Assembly (NCBI GenBank): GCA_963693365.1
Contig: CAVNZM010000002.1
Location: 8,467,059 to 8,531,058 of the forward strand
DNA length: 64,000 bases
Source of the DNA: Amoebidium appalachense
Taxonomy: Eukaryota; Protista; Ichthyosporea
Reading direction: 5' to 3'
Numbering within the stretch: the first letter of the stretch is position 1; the number at the start of each line of letters is the position of its first letter. Position numbers and translations under genes: made by a program. Shown here piece after piece: positions 46,731 through 59,576 of the stretch. Under the pieces are notes generated by a model. That model ran no database searches. It was not told the origin of the DNA and saw only the letters and a program-made list of their open reading frames with translations.

Positions 46731-47043
46731 GAATTAGTGGATGGGGTGTGTGGGTGGGTGTCTTAGCGAACAGGTAGGAATGTGAGTGTCTATGTGTGTG
46801 GGCGATTGAGTGGACTGAATGGGTCACTGAGGGGTGGGTTGGGAAGGTGGGTAGTGGTGGGTGGCGGTATGTGTGTGGGGGGGGGGGGGAGGAGGGAGGG
46901 GGGGGGAGGGGGGGGGGGGTCGGTTGGGCCGAGGTTGAAGTTGATGTGTGTGAATGTGTGGGTGGGTGGTTGAGTGTGTGTGGGTGGGTGGGTGGGTGAT
47001 TATGGGTTCGTGCGTGTGTGTGTGTGTTCTATTGCTTGTGTAT

Positions 47044-47097
<54 letters not shown>

Positions 47098-47163
47098 GTG
47101 TGTGTGTGTGTTTGTGTGTGTGAGTGCGTGTGTGCGTGTGTGCACGTTTGTGTGTGTGAGTGC

Positions 47164-47265
<102 letters not shown>

Positions 47266-48050
47266 ACGCGCCCGCGAATGTGTGTATGTGCGTGTGTTGG
47301 TGTTCGGGTAGGTCGGTCCGGGGGTGGGTGTGAGTCCTGTGTTTGTCTGTACGGGGGGGAGAGGAGGGGCTGGCGGATGGGTGGGTGGGTGGCTTTCCGT
47401 GTGTGCGCTTGGATGAAATGTGGAGGCAAATTATTGGTTGGTAAACGGGCTCATCAAGCCTTGCACGCTAGATCGGCACGAAATACAGTTATCAGTGAGG
47501 TGTTTCCTACTAATGTGTGAATCTTCTTTGCTGGCGTCGTTCTATCACTTGCGGGGTGTGTTGGGGGGGGGGGGGGGGGGGGGGGGGGGTTACTGGGGGG
47601 CAGAGGGAGGGGGGGCAGGATTATGAATGAGTGTGGTGAGCGGATTGTTTTGGTGCCTTCTTTGTCCCTGTGTGTGTGCATGTCTGTGTTTGTGTACGCG
47701 AGTGCACGCGCGCATATGTGTGTGTGTGCAGCAGGTTTTTTGGGGAGCTTGTGGGTGTGCGCACGAATGATTGAGAGAAAGACTGAGAGGTGGTGCGGGA
47801 AGGGGGGAAGGTGGGGGAGGGGAGGGGGGGAGGGGGGAGGGTGGGGAGGGGGGAAGGGGGGGAGGGGGGTAATTGGGTAAATATATTTCTATTATCGGAT
47901 GAGTTGGTTGAATGGCCTTCTTGAAAGGTGAAGCTTTTGTTTGGTGGATTGTTTGTTGGGTGGATGGGGGTTGGGTGGATGAGCGGTCGGGTGTGGGTGT
48001 GTTGGTTATGCCTGCTTTCGATTTCTTTTTCGAGTTCCTCGGTTCTGGGA

Positions 48051-48083
<33 letters not shown>

Positions 48084-48189
48084 TATATGTTGGGTGGGTG
48101 GGCAGAGAAGGAGACACACGGAGCAATAGTCGAATAGACCACCAGGATGGGGAATGGACGCCAGGACGAACAGGTAGGTCCGGGTGGGG

Positions 48190-48236
<47 letters not shown>

Positions 48237-48669
48237 GTTGGGGGGGAGGAGAAGAGAGAAACAAAGGGATAAAATGCGATAATAAAGGGAGACACGGCTA
48301 TGGGGGGAAAGGCGGAGGTGGGGGAGCGGGGGGGGGGGGGGGGAGGGGGGGGGGAGATTAACAAAAGAATGGGGGGGGGGGGGGGGGGGGGGATATTAAC
48401 AAAAGAGGGGGGGAGGGGAGGAGGAGGGGGGGGGGGGGGGGGGGGGGGATGGGGGAATGGGGTTGAACGATGCTCTGGGATGGGAATCATCCGTTGGTTT
48501 CGGCAGCAAAGTTGATCTAGTTTAAAGATTATTTATGCCCATTGGGCCTATTTATTCACGTAACTGGCCATCTCACAGAGCGGCTGTATCATTATTGATA
48601 ACTGCGATTTACGAAACCGCATTGAAATACTTAACTATTATATACAACAACAATGGACCAACATACCAT

Positions 48670-51600
48670 CTAAAACTTGATGGTGTAAGCAAAGTCAATC
48701 CCTTCAACCGTCTTGCCCTCACCCACAACCACCGCTACCGTGCTGTCGACGCCACCGTCCTTATCAGACGACGCCACATGACCGTTAGGGGCAGCGAGCA
48801 CACGCACAGAGTAGCTCCCTGGGGCAACACCACCAAACGAATAGTATCCCTTTACATCGGTGGTGGCGGTGGCAACAGTGCGGCCGTTAGAGTCAACAAG
48901 CACAACGGAGACGGAGCCGAGCCCATAATCACCATACTCAAAGACACCGTCTGCTCCGTCATCATGCCACACGCGGCCCTTCACGGCACCAGGAACCACA
49001 GGGCGGAAACCGAACTGCGCGTCGACAGACCCGCCGGCGACAATCGTGACCGTGCGTGATGCCGTGGTGGGGTTGCTGGCCGTGAGGCCAACGGGGACAC
49101 TACCCGTATCGACAGCAACGGTGTATGTCCCTGCAACAATACTACCAAAGGTGTAGCGGCCAGAAGCGTCGGTGACGGCCGTGGCTACGATTTTGCCTGT
49201 AGAGTCAGTCAGGGTCAGGCGGATGTTGGGTAGGGCGGCCTCGCCGGCATCGAGCTGGCCGTTGGAGTTGGCGTCAACGTAGACGATGGAAGAGCAGGTT
49301 CCGGTCAGCAGGCGGTAGTCAAAGTTGATGTTGGACATGTTGTCGCCCCAGTTGAGCATGATGGACGTCTTGCCGTCAGCAACACCGTCCGGGTCGGAGG
49401 CGGAGACGACGTTGGCGGGGAGGGAGGCCTGGTCGATGGCAATGGTGTAGGTGCCGGCCTGCAGCTGGGCAAAGGTGAATGTGCCCTTGTCGTTGGTGCG
49501 CTCCTGCATAACGGTGTTGCCGGCGGCATTCAGCAGGTTGACAACAACATTGGCAAGGGGGCTGCCGTTGAGGGTGACGGCGCCGCTAGCTGAAGCCTTG
49601 GAGAGGGGCTTGAAGCAGAATGAGGCCTGGGCACCGGAAAATACACGGCCGGGGGTGAGCACGACGTTGAACTGCGGGCGGGCCACAGTGAGGCCAAAGG
49701 GAATAGAGGCGGTGTCCACGCGAACGGTGTAGTTGCCGGCAAGAATGTTGGTGAAAAAGTAGATGCCGCTAACATCGGTCTTGGTGGTTTGCACAACTAC
49801 ACCAGTGTTCCGATCAACCAATTGAATGACGACATTAGCCACGGCGGCTTCACCAGCATCCTGCTCGTCGTTGTTGTTGGCATCGAGGAAGGCATTGGCG
49901 GGGCCAACGGATGCAAACACGGGACGGATAGCAAAGCTGACAGGGGTGGCCGTTGCGCCCGGCTGCACGGTGAAGGTGGAGGGAGAGCTGAGCACGGCCA
50001 CACCGGCGGGGAGGGTCGACCCAACGATGGAGAGGGTGTAGGTGCCGGCAGGGATGTCGGCAAACGAATAGGAACCATCCTGGGCCGTGATGGCGGTGGC
50101 CACAACCTTGCCGTTGGCATCGACCAGAGACACAGTCACGTTGGCCAGAGCAACCTCACCAGCATCCTGCACACCATTACCGTTGACGTCCACAAACAGA
50201 CCACCGGGCTTGACGGTGCCATACTGGAAGCGGTAGTCAAAGTTAATGTTGGACACGTTGTCGCCCCAGTTGAGCGTGATGGACGTCTTGCCGTCAGCCA
50301 CACCGTCGCGGTCGGAGGCAGCGACGACGTTGGCGGGGAGGGAAGCCTGGTCGATAGCAATGGTGTATGTGCCGGCCTGCAGGTGGGCGAAGGTGAAGGC
50401 ACCCTTGTCGTTGGTGGTTGCACGGAAGAGCGTCTTGCCGTCAGCATCAACCAGGCTAACAATAGCATTGGCAATGCTGCTGTTGCCAACGGTAACGGCG
50501 CCACTCACAGACGCATGGGGCAGACGCTTAAAGCAGAAGGCGGCAGCCTCGTCGGAAAACACCTGGCCAGGGGCAAGCACGACAGTGAACTGGCCGTTGG
50601 CGCGGAGAGGCTTGAGGTCGGCGGGGATGGGGGAGATGCGGACGGTGTAGGTACCAGCAAGCACGTTAATGAAGGTGTATGTGCCGTTGGCGTTGGTTGT
50701 GGTAGTCTGTACAACGTTGCCAGTGGCACGGTCCACCAACTGCACCTGCAGGCCGGACAGGCCGGGCTCGTTTGCGTCCTGCACGTCATTGTTGTTCTCG
50801 TCAACAAACGCATTGGCAGGGCCCACAGACGCAAAGTTGGGCCGCACCGTCAGGGGGAGGGCAACGGCAGTGGCACCTGGAGCAATGGTGATGGTCTGTG
50901 TTGTGCTGGGAATGACAAACGTGGCAGGAAGGTTGGCACGGTCGATGGAGAGGGTGTAGGTCCCGGCAGGGATGTTTGCAAACGAGTAGGAGCCATCCTG
51001 AGCTGTGACGGCGGTGGCCACAACCTTGCCGCTAGCGTCGACCAGCATGATAGTCACGTTGCCCAGACCCACCTCCCCTGCATCCTGAACGCCGTTTCCG
51101 TTGATATCCACAAACACTTTGCTCGATGCAATGCCACCGGTTTGAGGAGGGGCAATGCAGAACGAGGCAGCAGCACCGTTGAAGCTCTGCCCAGCAGCCA
51201 AAACGACGTTGAAACGAGCGCGCTTGGTTGTGAAGCCAGCGGGAAGAGAGGCAGTGTCAATGGTGATAGTGTATGTGCCCGGAGCCACGTCAGCAAAGGT
51301 GTAGTTGCCGCTAGCGTCCGTCTTTGTGGTGCGCACGACCTTGCCGTTGCTGTCGATAAGGCTGATGGTTGCGTTGGCCAAACCGGCCTCACCCACATCC
51401 TGTTGGTCGTTGTTGTTGGCGTCGATAAAGGCTGCGGCAGGGCCCACAACGGCGTTTGCAGCTTTGAATGTGAATGCAGCACTTGACTGCTGGAAAGCAA
51501 CCACAGACGTGGTTACACTGAGGGGGGACGTGGCTACGGCGCTGCTTGGAACCGACGCTGGGTCAAGGGTGACGGTGTAGTTACCGGGGAGGACATTGCG

Positions 51601-51930
51601 GGCAGTGAAGCCGCCGGTTCTGCTCGTGCGCACAGACCCGACACTACGCCCATTGCTGTTCAAAAACGAAACCTTCAATCCTGCCACACCGGGTTCGTTT
51701 GCGTCCCTCTGACCGTTTCCGTTAAGGTCGGTGAACGCGTCACCTGCAATCATACCGCGCGCTTGCAGGCATGCACCTGTAGGGTTGGTAGGTGGGCGGG
51801 CCCAGCCCTTGTTGCAATCCGGCAGAGGGGCAGGGGCTTCGTCATAGGACCGGCGCCCGATAAAGGGTGCACCGTGGGTGGTACCTAACGCGCCAAGAAG
51901 CAGCACGGCGCCGCTGAAAAGGCTGGCCAT
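48670..51930 (-). CDS. Secreted 1086-aa protein with ten SdrD-B-like / Cna-B-type Ig-like domains (copy 1)
   Basis: The ORF is intronless with an N-terminal signal peptide (MASLFSGAVLLLGALGTTHG). It has ten ~100-aa repeats with DxNxNGxxDxxE loops, VxLxDxxG, TxxxGxYxF and GTYTV motifs. No TM, LPXTG or GPI-type hydrophobic tail is present. Confidence 0.93.
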   Translation of the reverse strand: MASLFSGAVLLLGALGTTHGAPFIGRRSYDEAPAPLPDCNKGWARPPTNPTGACLQARGMIAGDAFTDLNGNGQRDANEPGVAGLKVSFLNSNGRSVGSVRTSRTGGFTARNVLPGNYTVTLDPASVPSSAVATSPLSVTTSVVAFQQSSAAFTFKAANAVVGPAAAFIDANNNDQQDVGEAGLANATISLIDSNGKVVRTTKTDASGNYTFADVAPGTYTITIDTASLPAGFTTKRARFNVVLAAGQSFNGAAASFCIAPPQTGGIASSKVFVDINGNGVQDAGEVGLGNVTIMLVDASGKVVATAVTAQDGSYSFANIPAGTYTLSIDRANLPATFVIPSTTQTITIAPGATAVALPLTVRPNFASVGPANAFVDENNNDVQDANEPGLSGLQVQLVDRATGNVVQTTTTNANGTYTFINVLAGTYTVRISPIPADLKPLRANGQFTVVLAPGQVFSDEAAAFCFKRLPHASVSGAVTVGNSSIANAIVSLVDADGKTLFRATTNDKGAFTFAHLQAGTYTIAIDQASLPANVVAASDRDGVADGKTSITLNWGDNVSNINFDYRFQYGTVKPGGLFVDVNGNGVQDAGEVALANVTVSLVDANGKVVATAITAQDGSYSFADIPAGTYTLSIVGSTLPAGVAVLSSPSTFTVQPGATATPVSFAIRPVFASVGPANAFLDANNNDEQDAGEAAVANVVIQLVDRNTGVVVQTTKTDVSGIYFFTNILAGNYTVRVDTASIPFGLTVARPQFNVVLTPGRVFSGAQASFCFKPLSKASASGAVTLNGSPLANVVVNLLNAAGNTVMQERTNDKGTFTFAQLQAGTYTIAIDQASLPANVVSASDPDGVADGKTSIMLNWGDNMSNINFDYRLLTGTCSSIVYVDANSNGQLDAGEAALPNIRLTLTDSTGKIVATAVTDASGRYTFGSIVAGTYTVAVDTGSVPVGLTASNPTTASRTVTIVAGGSVDAQFGFRPVVPGAVKGRVWHDDGADGVFEYGDYGLGSVSVVLVDSNGRTVATATTDVKGYYSFGGVAPGSYSVRVLAAPNGHVASSDKDGGVDSTVAVVVGEGKTVEGIDFAYTIKF

Positions 51931-52034
51931 TGTTATTATAAGAAGGCGCTACTGAGCTTCGGTTTCGTTCCTGACTGTTGTGTGTGTGCTGTGCGCCGCA
52001 AAAGTTGACTGATGCCTGGGGCAAAGATCGGCGC

Positions 52035-52070
52035 TTTATATATGCCATTACCGAGGTGGTGCGGGCCAAT
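52035..52070 (-). promoter_or_regulatory. TATA box (plus nearby CCAAT) upstream of SdrD-B gene copy 1
   Basis: TATATAAA lies on the minus strand at 52035-52042, ~105 nt upstream of the ATG. The TATA is conserved in copy 2 at 62969-62976. Confidence 0.55.
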
Positions 52071-52513
52071 GAAATCATTTGACGAATCAGATTTGTCTTT
52101 GGCATCATCTCTGCATCGCTTATGATTCCGCATTTCGAGTTGTTGATCCTTGATTGTGCTAATGAGTTCTATTGTATTTTGAAATAATACACTGTACAGA
52201 CAATCGATGATGACTATTTAATATACCGCTACTTTTTGCATAGCAATTTATGTGAAGAAGCTGTCCCAGGCTATCTGGGTTTCTTCTGGCAGGGCAGTGA
52301 AACCTGTCGATTCGCTCTAAGGCAATTCCGATCTACACATGGGATAAAAAAATAATGTTTTTCAGCCAATCGTATACATTGTGTCTAGATTCAGATTCAT
52401 TGGATGAATGAATCCAGACTGAATATTATTGTGACTTTATTTGGTTATTTTACTCTTTCGGTCAATTTCTGACGGGTCAGATCGGTGACCGCCAAGACTC
52501 CGTCTTCCCTGCG

Positions 52514-52563
<50 letters not shown>

Positions 52564-53034
52564 CGGCGTAGTACTACGGTGCCCGGCCATTTACGTTAGC
52601 CAGTGGTACTTAGCCTTGGAGACTAAGTGAGAGCATGCCCTCGACACTGTGACTATGACCCTGAGCCTCCCTTTCTTAGTTTTGGAACGAGATTATTACA
52701 TGTACATGAACCAAAGTACCATGCATGTTGGTCCCATGTTGCCATAGTAGTCACATGGGGGGCAGATGTCAGATTTCGGACATGTACATCATACAAAGTT
52801 CAAGTGCTTTTCAGCTATTGAGGTTGAGAACGGTTAGGGCCTGGGACTGCCAATCATCAAAAATGATGGGGTATCATATATAGAGATACTATGCACATGT
52901 ACCGAGGTCAAACCATCAACACGCATGTACACAAATGCACGGTGCAAATGCTTTAACTGAGAACAGGTCGGGGGGGGGGGGGGGAGGGGGAGGGGGAGAG
53001 AAGGGGGAGGAGGGGAGCCCGAGCAAAGGGGCGT

Positions 53035-53069
<35 letters not shown>

Positions 53070-53284
53070 CGTTCATTACTACTATCCCAAGCCCGTGGGC
53101 CCCTTTTAACCCACGGTTATAGCTATAGTAATTTATGATACGGAATCACGCAGTTCTGAAAACGCCGGCCCTGCAGCTGGAATTTGAATTTGGATCCGGA
53201 CGTCGTGTGATCGCTGATACCAAAAAGAAAAGTTGCAGTGCCAAATTGCCAATGATTACCCTGAGTCGGAATAAGATCTGCCTT

Positions 53285-53385
53285 CTTCTGATTGGCTTAA
53301 GTGCGTTAGATGTCATTAGCCAATCAAAGCGCAGCCATGCTGGCCAATCATTCCAGAGCAAAAGGGATGACGAATGACGTCAGGC
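53285..53385. promoter_or_regulatory. Cluster of three CCAAT boxes and a CRE palindrome
   Basis: ATTGG 53291-53295, CCAAT 53320-53324, CCAAT 53344-53348 and TGACGTCA 53375-53382 sit in a microsatellite-free island. Confidence 0.4.
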
Positions 53386-53447
53386 TTTTCAAGGCTGAAG
53401 GAGCTTTCGGCCAGAGCAGAAAAATGGCCCGCGGTGAGAGACGCAAG

Positions 53448-53561
<114 letters not shown>

Positions 53562-53873
53562 CACACACTGACACACACACACACACGTGCACACACACAC
53601 ACACACACAAGCACACAAGCACACGCACACGCACACACACGCACACACCCTGGCACCGCACAAATACACACACATACATAGAGACACACACAGTTCACGA
53701 GTTTCACACACACACTCTCCCCCCTCCCGCCCCCCCTGTCTGTCTCTTTCTATGTGGCTCCATCTCTTTCTCTTTCTCTCTCTCTCGCTCTCCTGGGACC
53801 CTCATTTTTCTGCCCCACCCCTCTAGCTCCCCCCTCCCCCCCGGCCTTCCCCCCCTCGCTCCCCCTCTCCCTT

Positions 53874-53935
<62 letters not shown>

Positions 53936-53961
53936 CTCTCCCTCCCTCCCTCCCTCCCTCC

Positions 53962-54055
<94 letters not shown>

Positions 54056-54086
54056 CTCTCTCTCTCCCTCTCTCTCTCCCCGAAAG

Positions 54087-54158
<72 letters not shown>

Positions 54159-54677
54159 GCGCTCCCTTTTTAACGCCAATCCAAGCGAAATGGCTTCATT
54201 CTCATGGTTCTCACCAATGGAATTCGACACCAAACAGCTGATACTGATAAGCTCGCTATCACGTGTCAGATAGAGCCACAGGCCTTCTCAGTCATCTCAA
54301 ACCCCCGCTCTTTTGGGTCATCAGCTTCCCCCGTATGAGACTGATGGGGGGAGGGGGCCGGGGGGGGGGAACATGGGTATTGCAGAGTCGTGTGTGGGAG
54401 AGAGGGGAAGGAGGGGGTGGGGTGGAGGGCGGGGGGTCGGGACGGGGATCAATGGGGTGAATGGCACCGGTACCGACATAAGGTGTTTGTTATACAAGAG
54501 ATGGGTGATCATGGTGGGTGGGTGGATGTCTCATGTTGTGGAGTGGGGTATTGGCTCGAGGTGGGTTGATGAATGAGACTTGGGGGCTTGAAGCAGGCAA
54601 GGGAGGGGTGGGGAGGTGTGGGGGAGGTGGGGGTGTGTGGGGGAGGTGGGGGGGGAGGGGGGGGCAGGGGAGGGGAA

Positions 54678-54710
<33 letters not shown>

Positions 54711-55060
54711 TAGGGGCAATGGAGCTGCAAGGAGGGAGAAGGGAAGGGTGGGAGGGAGAGAGGACCATTTATGTGCCAATAACGCAAAAAGAGATGACGG
54801 GATGATAAACGGCCGTGTGTGTGTGTCTATATATGGTGGGGGCTGTGGGGCGCACGGGGGGGGGGGGGGGGGGGGGATGGGTATGAGTGTGTGTGTGTGG
54901 GGGGGGTGGGGGGGGGGATGGGCTGGGTGTGTGGGTGGGTGCTGTTAATTATGGGGGGAGGGGAGGGGGGGGGGGGGGGGGGGGGGGTGAAACGTGTGTG
55001 TGTCTGTTTCTGTGCGCGCGCACGCGCGTGTGTTTGTGTGTGTGTGTGTGCGTGTGTGTG

Positions 55061-55101
<41 letters not shown>

Positions 55102-55104
55102 CAC

Positions 55105-55162
<58 letters not shown>

Positions 55163-56192
55163 CGAATGAAGAGGTGGGTGGGTTACTGGGTTGGAGGGTG
55201 GGCAGGTGAGGAGGATGAAAGCTGTGCTAGTGTATTTGTGGGATGGTGGAGGGGTGTATGTGTGCGGGTGGGTAAGTGGGTGTGTGCAGGTGGGTAAGTT
55301 TGGGTGGATGCTGGTGTGCACGTGCGTTGTGTATTTGTGTATGTGTGTGTGTACGTGAGATAGAGAGGGAGACAGGTAGGTGGTTGCGGGGGTGTGAAAC
55401 TTTCATTCGAGTGTGGATGGGTGGGTGGGGGGGAAGGGGAGGAGGGAGGGGGGAAGGGGAGGGGGGGGAGGGGGGAAGGGGGGAGGTAAGGGAGGGCTTG
55501 TGGATGTGTGGGTGGGTGGATTCTGTGTGTGTGTTTGGGGTTTGTGGTGTGTGGATGGGTGATATGGATGGTGATTGTGTTTGGGTGGTGTGTGGATGAT
55601 GATTCTGTCACCAGTGAGTTGCATAAACAGAAGGAAGAAACAGCATGTTGGTTGGTAGACTACGGTATAGCCAGTGTGGTGGATCAGCTCTTATTATAGA
55701 CCCCGGGGAGGGAACTCGGTGGTCAACCTTGTTACGATAGCCCATAATGGGTAGTCGTGAACTTATGTGTCGCAATATCCGATATATCAGGTATATATCG
55801 AGGGCAGAAGGGGGGGGGGGGGGGGGGGAGGGGAGGTGGTATGTTGAAAGATTTTTTGTGTGCCTGTTTTGGTGTGTGTGTGTGTGCGCGCGCGTGTGTG
55901 TGCGGGTGGGTGGGTGGATGGGTGGATGGGTGGGTGTGTATGTGATTTCTGTATCATGTGTATGTGTGTGTCAAGGGGGTGGGGGTGGGGGGGATATCTG
56001 TGTGTGGTTGTGCATGTCACGGTCAGTGTGTATGGTTGGGACGTGTATGGGTGGGAGCAGGTCGGTGGTTCTGGGTAAGAGTTTGTGCGCTCGTGTGGGT
56101 TTATGAGGGAGAATGGGAGTGAGGAAGGCAACGAGGGGGGTGGGCAGGGAGGAGGTGTGTGTATGTGGGGTCCCAGTGTGTCCAGTATGCTT

Positions 56193-56257
<65 letters not shown>

Positions 56258-56262
56258 TGTGT

Positions 56263-56311
<49 letters not shown>

Positions 56312-57399
56312 GGTGGGTGGGTGGGTGGGCGGGTGGGTGGGTGTGTGTGTGTGTGTGTGTGTGTGAGTGGGTGGGTGGGTGTGCGTGTGTGTGGATGGGT
56401 GGGTGGCTTTTGTGTAAGTGGATGAGGTGGTTTTCGGGTCTGTGGATGTGCAATATGGAAGGGAAAGACGAGAGTAGGGGGGGGGGGGGGGGGGGTTATA
56501 GTTATGGGTAGTTAGATTTTCGATTGGTTGAAATGGTCCAATGATCCTCTGGATAGATCAACCTTGTTGATGTGAATGGAGGGGTAGGTGTGTTGGCCAT
56601 TTTCGTGTTCTTCTTTTTGGGGGAGAGGGGGGGGGGGGGGGGGGGGGGGGGGAAGAGAGAGAGAGAGAGAAAAAAAGAGAGATTTGTAAAAAAGTTCTGT
56701 ATGTGCAGATGGACAGAGAGGAGAGACACGTAGGGAAAGACAACAATACCAACAGGTGGTGGGGGTTGGGGGAGAGGAGGGGAGGGGGGGGGTTTGGATC
56801 CTCGGGGGGGGGGGGGGGGGGAGGGGGGAAGGAAGGGAGTTAGACACTTGCTATAACCCCCTCCCCCCTTCCCCTCCCCCTGCCCTTGCGGGCTTAACCA
56901 TCACACCCCTCTCCCTCTACCGGCCCTTCAATCTTGTGTGGAAAATGACGAGGGAACGGGGGAAGAAAAAGGTATTGGGAGGGGGGGGGGGGGAGGGGAG
57001 GGGGGCAAGGCAAGAAAAGAAAACAAGACAGAGAAGGAAACATGAATGCAAAAGTACAAGGAGACCCGGGGGGAAGGGGGGAGATTATAACAAGGGGGAG
57101 AAAAATTTTACGCACGTGCGCGAAGGGGGGAGGGGGGACGGGGAAAGAAGGGGGGGAGGGGGGGGGGGGGTTTGGAAAAACAGAAATGCACATTTGGAGC
57201 AACCACGGCATTAGTAAACGGAAAATTTTGAATGCGACACGTGACAATTGAGTGTTCTTTTTTTTTTTTTTTCCGTGTGTGTGTGTGTGTGTGTGTTGGG
57301 GGGGGGGGGGGGGGGGGGGAGGGGGGGAAGGGGTTGAAGGATGATCTGTAGAGGTTTATCTGTTATATTCGCCGGCAAATATCGTCTGGTGTCAAATTT

Positions 57400-57628
57400 T
57401 TGTGACCACTAGTACTGGAGCTATTTATTCATGTAACTGGCCACCTCACAGAGCGGCTGTGTCATTAAGATAACTGCTATTTACAAAACCGCATTGTAAT
57501 ACGTTAAAAACACGATTTATAGATACCATTCGGAAAACATTTTGAACAGCATGCATGGAAATACCTTCAAAAGCACAAATACAGTCCAATACACCCTAAT
57601 ACTCGATGGTGTAGGCAAAGTCAGTCCC
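57400..57628 (-). pseudogene. Relic 3' end and downstream flank of an older SdrD-B-repeat gene paralog (unit 2)
   Basis: 57628-57596 encodes GTDFAYTIEY* versus the intact GIDFAYTIKF*. The flank is homologous to ~59405-59490. Confidence 0.75.
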
Positions 57629-57977
57629 GGAATTAGTGGATGGGGGGTGTGGGTCGGTGTCTTAGCGAACGGGTGGGAATGTGAGTGTCTAGGTGTGTGG
57701 GCGATTGAGTGTACTGAATGGGTCACTGAGGGGCGGGTAGTGGTGGGTGGCGGTATGTGTGTGTGGGGGGGGGGAGGAGGAGGAGGGGGGGAGGGGGGGG
57801 GGTCGGTTGGGCCGAGGTTTATGTAGATTTGTGTGAAGGTGTGGGTGGGTGGTTGAGTGTGTGTGGGTGGGTGGGTGGGTGATTATGGGTTCGTGCGTGT
57901 GTGTGTGTGTTCTATTGCTTGCGTATGTGTGTTTGTGTGTGTGTTTGTGTGTTTGTGTGTGTATGTGTGTGTGTATG

Positions 57978-58036
<59 letters not shown>

Positions 58037-58101
58037 GTGTGTGCACGTGTGTGTGTGTGTGTGCGTGTGTGCGTGTGTGCGTGTGTGTGTGTGTGAATGT
58101 A

Positions 58102-58154
<53 letters not shown>

Positions 58155-58931
58155 CACGCGCCCGCGAATGTGTGTATGTGCGTGTGTTGGTGTTCGGGTA
58201 GGTCGGTCCGGGGGTGGGTGTGAGTCCTGTGTGTGTCTGTACGGGGGGGAGAGGAGGGGCTGGCGGATGGGTGGGTGGGTGGCTTTCCGTGTGTGCGCTT
58301 GGATGATAGGTGGGGGCAAATTATTGGTTGGTAAACGGGCTCATCAAGCCTTGCACGCTAGATCGGTAAAAAATGCAGTTATCAGTGAGGTGTTTCCTAC
58401 TTATAATGTGTGAATCTTCTTTGGTGGCGTCGTTCTATCACTTGCGGGGTGTGTGTGGGGGGGAGGGTTACTGGGGGCAGAGAGAGGGGGGGAAAGGTTA
58501 AGAATGAGTGTGGTGAGCGGATTGTTTTGGTGCCTTCTTTGTCCCTGTGTGTGTGCATGTCTGTGTTTGTGTACGCGAGCGCGCGCGCACATGTGTGTGT
58601 GTGTGTGCAGCAGGTTTTTTTGGGGAGCTTGTGGGTGTGCGCACGAATGATTAAGGGAAAGACTGAGAGGTGGTGCGGGAAGGGGGGAAGGTGGGGGAGG
58701 GGTGGGGGGAGGGGGGTGGGGGGAGGGGGAAAGGGGGGGGGGGGGGGGGGGAGGGGGGTAGTTGGGTAAATATATTTCTATTGGATGAGTTGGTTGAATG
58801 GCCTTCTTGAAAGATGAAGCTTTTGTTTGGTGGATTGTTTGTTGGGTGGATGGGCGGTTGGGTGTGGACAGGGTGTGTTGGTTATGCCTGCTTTCAATTT
58901 CTTTTTCGCGTTCCTCGGTTCTGGGAGAGGG

Positions 58932-58973
<42 letters not shown>

Positions 58974-59576
58974 GGGATATGTTGGGTGGGTGGGCAGAGA
59001 AGGAGACACACGGAGCAAAAATCGAATAGACCACCAGGATGGGGAATGGACGCCAGGAAGGACAGGTAGGTCGGGGTGGGGGGGGGGGGGGGGGGGGGGG
59101 GAAGGGGGGGGGGGGGGAGGGTGGAGGGGGGGGAGTTGGGGTGGAGAAGAGAGAAACACAGGGATAAAATGCGATAATAAAGGGAGACACGGTTATAGGG
59201 GGAAAGGAGCAGGTGGGGGAGCGGGGGACGGGGGGGGGGGGGGGGGTAGATTCACAAGAGAAGGGGGGGGAATATTAACAAAAGAGAGGGGGAGGGGAGG
59301 AGGGGGGGGGGGGGAGGGATGGCGGAATGGGGTTGAACGATGCTCTGGGATGGGATTCATCCGTTGGCTTCGGCAGCAAAGTTGATCTAGTTTGAAAATT
59401 ATTTATGCCCATTGGGCCTATTTATTCACGTAACTAGCCATCTCACAGAGCGGCTGTATCATTACAATAACTGCGATTTACAAAACATTGAAACCACGAA
59501 CTATTATGTACAACAATGGAAATAAGAAAAACTAAAACAACACTACTCTATTCATTCATAAGGACCAACATATCCT

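Noticed and set aside
48478-48521. Helitron-like 3' end (weak hairpin then CTAG-T), also at ~59350-59391
   Set aside because: The hairpin is imperfect, and no matching 5' A-TC end or RepHel sequence was found. Too weak to call.
48670-48760. GPI-anchor or sortase signal on the adhesin linking it to PIG-H/PIG-Z
   Set aside because: The protein ends directly at the last beta-strand (IDFAYTIKF), with no hydrophobic tail or LPXTG.
49789-51486. 565-aa plus-strand ORF (and its twin at 60696-62393)
   Set aside because: It is an antisense shadow of the SdrD-B gene produced by biased codon usage. It has no recognisable domain, and its conservation is explained by the duplication.
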